A stretch of DNA of 32,000 nucleotides, taken from the NCBI GenBank assembly GCA_021325595.1, contig JAJPGX010000005.1, forward strand, positions 49,797 through 81,796. Direction: 5' to 3'. A program made the translations under genes and the position numbers. This DNA comes from Nitrososphaerota archaeon (lineage in GTDB: Archaea > Thermoproteota > Nitrososphaeria > Nitrososphaerales > Nitrosopumilaceae). The number at the start of each line of letters is the position of its first letter. Position 1 is the first letter of the stretch. This document shows, in pieces, positions 26,034 through 32,000 of this stretch. The notes beneath the pieces were generated by a model. It was not told where the DNA came from. It saw only the letters and a list, made by a program, of their open reading frames with translations, and did no database searches.

Positions 26034-26885
26034 TTATCCTGCCTGCGGTTTTACCTCTTCAGGCATTCTTCGATACCATATCGTCCTCTGTGGGAAGGGG
26101 ATCTCAATTCCTACTTTGTCTAGGCACTCTTTTATTATTTTTGGAAGAATTGGTACCACTTCGCCAAATGCATCTCCTGGATACCATACGAATACTCTGA
26201 GATTTACACTCGAGTCTCCAAGCTGTTCTGTCCATACCATTGGCTCTGGCTCCACAAGAACGTATGGCAAAGCAGATATTGCTTTTTTGATTTCGGATAT
26301 GACCCTGTCAATATTTTCCTTATATGCAACTCCTACTGCAAAATCAGCTCTTCTCACAGGCGTCTTGGAAAGATTTCTTATATTGGTAGTAAAGATCTTG
26401 TCATTTGGTATTCTCATTATGGTACCATCAAATAGTCTTACTCTAGTGGAAAATATTGCAATGTCAAGTAAGACTCCGACTATGTTACTTGTTGGAATCT
26501 CTATTACATCGCCCGCCTTTGCTGGCTTGTCAAACATTAGAAAAACTCCAGAAACCAGATTAGATACGACTGATTGAGTGGCAAAACCAATCACAATCCC
26601 AAATATTCCTCCTGCAACCATTAAACCACTGAGGTCTATTCCCTGGCTAGTGGTTACAGCAAGAAGTGTCACTATTATGATACCATAATAGATGCTCTTG
26701 CCAATATTCTTAGAAGTGCTCTCCTCAAAATGCGGGCCAAAATATTTCTTAAAGAGTATGCTTGCAACTTTGGCAATTGTGACACCAATTGCCATTATGA
26801 TTACGGCAATTATTAAAGAATCAATTGAGATCTGATGTCCAAGTATGTTTATCTCAGAGCCTGAAATAAAACTAGTCAAATCCAC
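26034..26885 (-). CDS. Small-conductance mechanosensitive channel (MscS family)
   Basis: 283 aa with a GTG start. It has three TM helices and the pore-helix signature GGIFGIVIGFATQSVVSNLVSGVFLMFDKPAKAGDVIEI, followed by a beta-domain. Confidence 0.9.
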   Translation of the reverse strand: MDLTSFISGSEINILGHQISIDSLIIAVIIMAIGVTIAKVASILFKKYFGPHFEESTSKNIGKSIYYGIIIVTLLAVTTSQGIDLSGLMVAGGIFGIVIGFATQSVVSNLVSGVFLMFDKPAKAGDVIEIPTSNIVGVLLDIAIFSTRVRLFDGTIMRIPNDKIFTTNIRNLSKTPVRRADFAVGVAYKENIDRVISEIKKAISALPYVLVEPEPMVWTEQLGDSSVNLRVFVWYPGDAFGEVVPILPKIIKECLDKVGIEIPFPQRTIWYRRMPEEVKPQAG

Positions 26886-27657
26886 TCTCCATTGAAAATT
26901 TGATATCTGTCTTTTCCATTGTTATGGGAGATCTTGTCCACTTCTTAGGGCCTGTATTGTCTTGTTGTACTATCTCAATTACTTGTACCCCTAGTCTTTC
27001 CTTTATTATAATTTCCAAATTGTCATAAACGGATTCAAATTTGTCATAGTATACATCATGATCTCTTATTGGAAAGACAACTTTTCCAATTGATACTCCT
27101 GTATCAAGCTCATTGTTTACAATTATCTTCAACTTTCCATGTACAAATTCTACACTTTTTGGTGCTTTAGCTTCTGGTGTGACATTTGAAAACTTACATA
27201 ATATGCCCTGATCTGGCTGCCCATATAGTGCGTATTTGGAATGATCGACATTGCACGAAAAGACATCAAAATATTCCCTGATCTTACTTCCTGTGAAAAA
27301 CAGTCCTATCTCTATTGGTATTGAGGCAAAGATCTCTGTTTTAGAATTTCTGCTAACAAAAACAGGTTTTGAGAATCTCAAAAACATATAATCCGTCTTG
27401 TATGCTGGAGTGTAGATGGGATGAGTAGGCACAAATTCCATCTCAAGGTCTGAAGTCCGAATTGAAATTAATTTCTCTAGTGTGCCAAAAGGACCTGTTC
27501 TTTTATAATAAAACTTATCGCTACTTGCTCGTTCCAACGATATAAAATTATTTGGTAATTGAAAATTTAATTTGTCTTTGATAACATGTATACCATAATT
27601 TAGTTTTGATAAATTATTTTCAGCTACATGATCAGGAGCTGTTAGGGGAGTACTCAT
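26872..27657 (-). CDS. Hypothetical soluble protein, first gene of the MscS operon
   Basis: 261 aa with an ATG start. Its last 14 nt overlap the MscS start. I could not assign a motif with confidence. Confidence 0.6.
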   Translation of the reverse strand: MSTPLTAPDHVAENNLSKLNYGIHVIKDKLNFQLPNNFISLERASSDKFYYKRTGPFGTLEKLISIRTSDLEMEFVPTHPIYTPAYKTDYMFLRFSKPVFVSRNSKTEIFASIPIEIGLFFTGSKIREYFDVFSCNVDHSKYALYGQPDQGILCKFSNVTPEAKAPKSVEFVHGKLKIIVNNELDTGVSIGKVVFPIRDHDVYYDKFESVYDNLEIIIKERLGVQVIEIVQQDNTGPKKWTRSPITMEKTDIKFSMESGFD

Positions 27658-27909
27658 CGTTTTATTTTGTGATTCGATTATTTATTTTATTTCAAATTGT
27701 TCTATTCACTTTTATTTTTTTAGAAATACTTAACAATGATGAACAAAAATTCTTTACAAAATTTTTGAGTAAGATTTAAAACTAATGACGACCATTTTAT
27801 AAAAAATGAATAACCTGAGGTTACAAAAAAATTCACTTCTTATGTATACTATGATCACAAAAAATGATTCAAAGTTATTTCCAATTCCTTTTACTGATTG
27901 ATATTTTAG

Positions 27910-28632
27910 GTGATATCATTGATAGAGTTAAGAAAAAAGTTTACAATAAGTGTAATAATTCCAGCTCATAATGAAGAAGAACACATCGAAGACGTCATAA
28001 AAACAGTACAGAAAAGAAAAGAAATTGATGAGATAATAGTTGTAAATGACGGTTCAACTGACAAGACAGCTGACGTTGCCAAAAGGTGCAACGTTAAAGT
28101 AATCTCAACTAGTGAAAATTATGGAAAAGGACATGCTATGAAGCTTGGTGCCTCAAAAGCCATCGGTGACATTTTACTTTTCCTTGACGCTGATATAAAA
28201 AATATGGATTCAAAGAAAATCGAGGATCTAATAGACCCATTCAAGGACATGTATGATTTTGTCAAGACTAGATTTGACAGAAACGCAGGACGTGTTACCT
28301 TGCTTACGGCCAAGCCACTTTTGGAACACTTGTTTCCTGAAATTGCACAAAGATTTGAGCAGCCACTTAGTGGTCAAATTGGCATAAAAAAAGAACTTCT
28401 TGATAAGATGAATCTTGAGGATGACTATGGGGTGGATATCGGAATTCTTATTGATGCAGTAGAAATGGGTGCAAAGACAAAGGAGGTTTATTTTGGATAT
28501 CTTGAACATGATGAACGAGCACTTGAAGACCTAGACGTTACAGCGCGACAGGTAACACGAGTGATTTTGGATAAGGCTTCAAAATACAATAGACAAAGCG
28601 ATACCGGTCTGATTCAATCCGAGATTGCATAG
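27910..28632 (+). CDS. Glycosyltransferase of the glucosyl-/mannosyl-3-phosphoglycerate synthase type (GT81-like)
   Basis: 240 aa with a GTG start. The motif series is ISVIIPAHNEEEHIEDVI / IIVVNDGSTDKT / GKGHAMKLG / GDILLFLDADI / GRVTLLTAKPLL / QPLSGQIGIKKELL / DYGVDIGILID / HDERALEDLDVTARQV. It parallels, block by block, the mycobacterial GpgS sequence as I remember it. Confidence 0.75.
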   Translation: MISLIELRKKFTISVIIPAHNEEEHIEDVIKTVQKRKEIDEIIVVNDGSTDKTADVAKRCNVKVISTSENYGKGHAMKLGASKAIGDILLFLDADIKNMDSKKIEDLIDPFKDMYDFVKTRFDRNAGRVTLLTAKPLLEHLFPEIAQRFEQPLSGQIGIKKELLDKMNLEDDYGVDIGILIDAVEMGAKTKEVYFGYLEHDERALEDLDVTARQVTRVILDKASKYNRQSDTGLIQSEIA

Positions 28633-28635
28633 ATT

Positions 28636-30273
28636 ATGTGTTCAATTGCAGGGTTACTTGATAAGAATGGCAATAACGTGGCGTCAACACTTGTGAAGAT
28701 GCTTGAGCAAACCTCACATCGAGGACCTGACGGGTGTGGAATCTGTATAGGAGGGGTTTTAGAAAAGGCAAATGATCCGTGTCACCTTCTTACCGAAAAA
28801 ATAAAAGGAAGATACGGGCTTGGTCATTCTAGACTAAAGATCACCGGAATTGATGGCGTGCAACCTCTAACTGATTGTTTTGACAGATTAATCCTTGGGT
28901 TTAATGGAGAAATCTGGAACTACAAAGAATTGCGAGAACAACTTATTTCTTCTGGACATGTTTTTGAAACAGATTCTGATTCTGAGGTTGTAGTTCATTT
29001 GGTTGAAGAAAACTGTAAGAAAACCGGAGATTTGTGTGAAAGCGTTTTGATAACAAACAAGATGCTTGATGGCGAATTTGCATTTGCAATTTTTGATAAT
29101 ATCTCAAAGAAAATACTACTTACACGAGATCCTGTTGGGATAAAGCAGCTTTATTATGGAAAAAACAAAAACCATATAGCTTTTTGTTCAGAAAAAAAAC
29201 CACTATGGATGATTGGAATACATCCAACACGGGTTTTGCCTGGCGAAATAATTGAAATCAATGTTGATGAAGATTTTACAAATTCTATATCAAAGAAAAA
29301 AATTTCTAACGAACTTGTAAAACCTACTGTAAAGATATTCAATGAAAAAGAGGCGCTGGACAAGTACAAGCAAGCCCTTTTTGATTCTGTTAAGAAAAGA
29401 GTTGCTGGACAAAAAAAGATTGGAATAATATTTTCAGGAGGAATAGACAGCTTGCTTATCACAAGAATTGCACAGATGCTCTCATGTGACATTACGTGTT
29501 ATACTGCTGGGTTTCCTGGCTCTTCTGATATATCGGCAGCAGTCCAGGCATCAAAAGAGCTAGGTTTTGAACTTAAGGTACGTGAGATATCGGAATATGA
29601 TATCATGGTAAACCTAGAGAAAATAATATCCTCTATCGAGTCCTATGATCACCTACAAGTTGACGTTGCAATCCCTATGTTTTTTGCAGTAAAGGAGGCA
29701 CAAAAAGACGCGATTAGAGTAATGTTGACAGGTCAAGGGGCTGACGAATTGTTTGCTGGCTATCCTTGGTATCTAGATATTTTCAAAAACCAAGGTGTAT
29801 CAAAACTCAATCAAAGCTTGTGGAATGATATCAAAAATATCTACAAGGACACGCTTGAAAGGGAAGACAAAATTACTATGTACCACAGCGTGGAGCTTCG
29901 TGTTCCATACTTAGATCCTCATGTCATCCATGTTTCAATGTCTATATCTGAAGATCTCAAGATAAAAAATAACCATGTAAAGTACATCCATAGAAGACTT
30001 GCTGAAGATTTAGGAATATCGCATGATCTTGCATGGCGTAAAAAAGAGGCAGCACAACATGGTTCGAATGTTCATAGCCATCTTCTTAGAGTTGTAGAAA
30101 ATATTAAAAACAATACAAAACTTGTTGCAGCATCAAAAAATCTTACAATGGAACTTCTTGGTAGCGCATATAGGTACAACCATGATGTTTACAAAGAAAA
30201 TGAATCTATCCAACATGTACTTGATAGCATGGGAGAAAAACTAGGCTTGTATCCACATGAAATGCATGATTGA
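28636..30273 (+). CDS. Asparagine synthase (glutamine-hydrolysing)-family amidotransferase
   Basis: 545 aa. It has the Ntn nucleophile Cys2 (MCSIAG), a GFNGEIWNY segment, and the PP-loop FSGGIDS of the ATP-dependent synthetase domain. The start lies 3 nt after the GT stop. Confidence 0.9.
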   Translation: MCSIAGLLDKNGNNVASTLVKMLEQTSHRGPDGCGICIGGVLEKANDPCHLLTEKIKGRYGLGHSRLKITGIDGVQPLTDCFDRLILGFNGEIWNYKELREQLISSGHVFETDSDSEVVVHLVEENCKKTGDLCESVLITNKMLDGEFAFAIFDNISKKILLTRDPVGIKQLYYGKNKNHIAFCSEKKPLWMIGIHPTRVLPGEIIEINVDEDFTNSISKKKISNELVKPTVKIFNEKEALDKYKQALFDSVKKRVAGQKKIGIIFSGGIDSLLITRIAQMLSCDITCYTAGFPGSSDISAAVQASKELGFELKVREISEYDIMVNLEKIISSIESYDHLQVDVAIPMFFAVKEAQKDAIRVMLTGQGADELFAGYPWYLDIFKNQGVSKLNQSLWNDIKNIYKDTLEREDKITMYHSVELRVPYLDPHVIHVSMSISEDLKIKNNHVKYIHRRLAEDLGISHDLAWRKKEAAQHGSNVHSHLLRVVENIKNNTKLVAASKNLTMELLGSAYRYNHDVYKENESIQHVLDSMGEKLGLYPHEMHD

Positions 30274-30285
30274 GTCTTTTAATTT

Positions 30286-30945
30286 ATGGCACGACATAAA
30301 AAATTGATTGCATTTGATATGGATGGTACTCTTTTGGAAGGAAGAATAATTCAAGCTCTTGCAGAAAAGTATGATTTTACTGACAAACTTTACAAAATCC
30401 AGTCCAACCAAAACATGGAAGGATATCAAAAGAGCCAGAAAATTGCATATCTACTAAAAGGGAGACACGCAGACGAAGTTACAAAAATAACAAGTGAGAT
30501 GAAACTAATTAAAAACTGGAGACAAGCAATTTATGAGCTTCAATCTCATGATTATGTTTTAGGAATAATAAGTGATAGTTACAAGTTTGCTTGTGATTAT
30601 CTTGCTGAGAAGATGAACCTTGATTTTGTAATTGCAAATGATCTAAAAGTAGATGAGAATGATTGTTTGACTGGCGATCTTGTCATGCCATTTGGTTGGG
30701 AAAAAATTGGATGCAGTTGTAAAATATCTGTATGTAAGAGATACCATTTGGAAAAAATGGCTAAAAAGTTTGAGATTGATATTCAAGACACAGCAGTAGT
30801 GGGAGACACTGTTTCTGACCTGTGCATGATTAAGCGAGCCGGTACGGGAATTGCAATGATGCCCAAAGATAGAATGCTTGAAGATGTTTCAGACGTGGTG
30901 ATTAAAACCCACGACCTCAACCAGATCCTGCCTTTTGTTCTTTAG
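30286..30945 (+). CDS. HAD-superfamily subfamily IB hydrolase (phosphoserine-phosphatase-like)
   Basis: 219 aa. HAD motif I is IAFDMDGTLL, motif II is GIISDS, and motifs III/IV are K...VVGDTVSD. The cap region contains C143-x-C145-x4-C150-x3-H154. Confidence 0.85.
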   Translation: MARHKKLIAFDMDGTLLEGRIIQALAEKYDFTDKLYKIQSNQNMEGYQKSQKIAYLLKGRHADEVTKITSEMKLIKNWRQAIYELQSHDYVLGIISDSYKFACDYLAEKMNLDFVIANDLKVDENDCLTGDLVMPFGWEKIGCSCKISVCKRYHLEKMAKKFEIDIQDTAVVGDTVSDLCMIKRAGTGIAMMPKDRMLEDVSDVVIKTHDLNQILPFVL

Positions 30946-31027
30946 ACTAACAGAAGTTTACCTTTAACCATAAACGATAATTGTATTGGTGTCTAATATA
31001 GAATAATGATTTCAATGGGTGTGAAGA

Positions 31028-31777
31028 TTGTCAAATAATCAACAACCCAGTAGCACCATCTACAAAGAAAATGTAGACCATGAATATGATGGTGACATTG
31101 TATTGAAAACTGAACATTTGACCAAAGTGTTTGATTCCCTAGCTGGCAAAATAACTGCATTATCTGACATCAACCTTGAAATCAAAAAAGGCGAGTTTGT
31201 ATCTATCATGGGACCATCAGGATGCGGCAAATCCACACTGCTTAACATCATTGGTGCACTTGATAAACCAACCTTTGGTAAAGTCTTCATAAATGGATTT
31301 GACATCTTTACACTGACAGATTCCGAAATCGCTACAATGCGAAACCGTCTCATCGGGTTTGTCTTCCAGTCATACAATCTGGTAAACCGCAGTACTGTGA
31401 TAAAAAATGTAAAACTCCCAGCGATTATTGCAGGCATGTCTCAATCAGAAGCTGATTTTAGGGCAATGAAAATCTTACAAGCACTAGGAATTGCTGACAA
31501 GGCTAAACAAAAAACTATCAATCTGAGTGGAGGTCAACAACAAAGAGTCGCAATTGCAAGATGCCTTGTAAACAATCCGGCAATCATATTGGCAGATGAA
31601 CCTACAGGAAACTTGGATACAAAGACAGGCGCAGACATTTTTGACATGCTCAAAATACTATCACAAAAGTTTGGTAGAACGGTTCTTATGGTGACTCATA
31701 ACCCTGAACTGGCAGAATCGACTAACCGAACCATTATGATGAGAGACGGTAAAATAGAAAAAGAAACCGTGAACTAA
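31028..31777 (+). CDS. ABC transporter ATP-binding protein (MacB/LolD/FtsE-like subfamily)
   Basis: 249 aa. A TTG start is assumed because there is no in-frame ATG near the 5' end. Motifs: Walker A GPSGCGKST, signature LSGGQQQRVAIARCL, Walker B ILADEPTGNLD and H-loop VTHN. Confidence 0.9.
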   Translation: MSNNQQPSSTIYKENVDHEYDGDIVLKTEHLTKVFDSLAGKITALSDINLEIKKGEFVSIMGPSGCGKSTLLNIIGALDKPTFGKVFINGFDIFTLTDSEIATMRNRLIGFVFQSYNLVNRSTVIKNVKLPAIIAGMSQSEADFRAMKILQALGIADKAKQKTINLSGGQQQRVAIARCLVNNPAIILADEPTGNLDTKTGADIFDMLKILSQKFGRTVLMVTHNPELAESTNRTIMMRDGKIEKETVN

Positions 31778-31788
31778 TGACTCTGGGG

Positions 31789-32000
31789 TTATTCTGTATA
31801 TTTTAGCACAAACATGCTCTTGTCGTATCTTACATCTATTTTTTTATGAAACAACTCTTTAAAGATGGTCTCCAAAATTATCTTGTTGTATAAAGACCAG
31901 TTTCTCCCAATCTCATGCTTCATGACAAAAGTGTGAACTCCATTGTGAGTCATATGACTTATCTGAACAGACGAATTTAGCATTTTCATCTCAAACCATG
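31789..32000 (-). CDS. Hypothetical ORF, possibly 5'-truncated by the window end
   Basis: The frame stays open from the stop at 31789 to the window edge. ATG at 31989 is one possible start. No family was recognised. Confidence 0.3.
   Translation of the reverse strand, partial: WFEMKMLNSSVQISHMTHNGVHTFVMKHEIGRNWSLYNKIILETIFKELFHKKIDVRYDKSMFVLKYTE

Noticed and set aside
25975-26577. 200-aa and 71-aa + strand ORFs
   Set aside because: They are antisense to the MscS gene, whose pore-helix signature is unambiguous. They are shadow ORFs despite their length.
27736-27818. C/D-box sRNA in the divergent spacer (ATGATGA at 27736, TGACGA at 27786, CTGA at 27815)
   Set aside because: The spacings do not fit the compact archaeal C-D'-C'-D layout. 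No CTGA follows about 12 nt after the first box, and there are 23 nt between the second box and CTGA. In DNA this AT-rich the boxes are expected by chance.
27806-27898. 30-aa ORF upstream of the GT81 gene as a leader peptide
   Set aside because: There is no supporting feature. Short ORFs are frequent in AT-rich spacers.
1-32000. CRISPR arrays, IS elements/transposases, rRNA or tRNA genes, defence-system ATPases/nucleases
   Set aside because: I looked for regularly spaced direct repeats, terminal inverted repeats flanking transposase-like ORFs, and conserved RNA motifs, and found none. The only regular repeats are the intragenic 79-bp duplication and the 13.6-13.9 kb iterons.

Overview
The window is AT-rich (about one-third G+C by eye), gene-dense and archaeal-looking. 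The gene content and a PEFG-type C-terminal sorting signal suggest a Nitrosopumilus-like ammonia-oxidising thaumarchaeon; this is inference only. The left end carries a bacterial-type excision-repair operon, uvrB-uvrA-uvrC, on the minus strand with overlapping stop and start codons. uvrC is open at the window edge and is missing from the ORF track. Next come housekeeping and redox genes: a PNPOx-family flavoprotein, an LLM-class oxidoreductase, a group-III Fe-ADH, a MOFRL glycerate kinase, citrate synthase, a DHH phosphoesterase, RidA, a DUF255 thioredoxin-domain protein and UspA. There are also four predicted surface or secreted proteins and many small unknown ORFs. Two regions stand out. (1) At 25.6-30.9 kb, a tightly coupled operon encodes a GT81 GpgS-like glycosyltransferase, an AsnB-like amidotransferase and a HAD phosphatase. 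It is divergent from a 261aa-MscS-129aa operon, and together they are a candidate, apparently undescribed, osmolyte synthesis and release locus. (2) At 13.3-15.2 kb, a 607-bp intergenic region is packed with same-strand GTGAA/GTAAR iterons and TCCGACA inverted repeats. It is followed by an excisionase-like HTH ORF, a 54-aa four-CxxC zinc-ribbon ORF absent from the track, and a GC-rich non-coding stretch. The region is bracketed by an imperfect direct repeat and by two paralogous small genes, so it may be a cryptic element remnant or a regulatory islet. I recognised no rRNA, tRNA, CRISPR array, IS element or intact integrase. All family calls rest on motifs read from the translations and on memory of those families; no searches were run.
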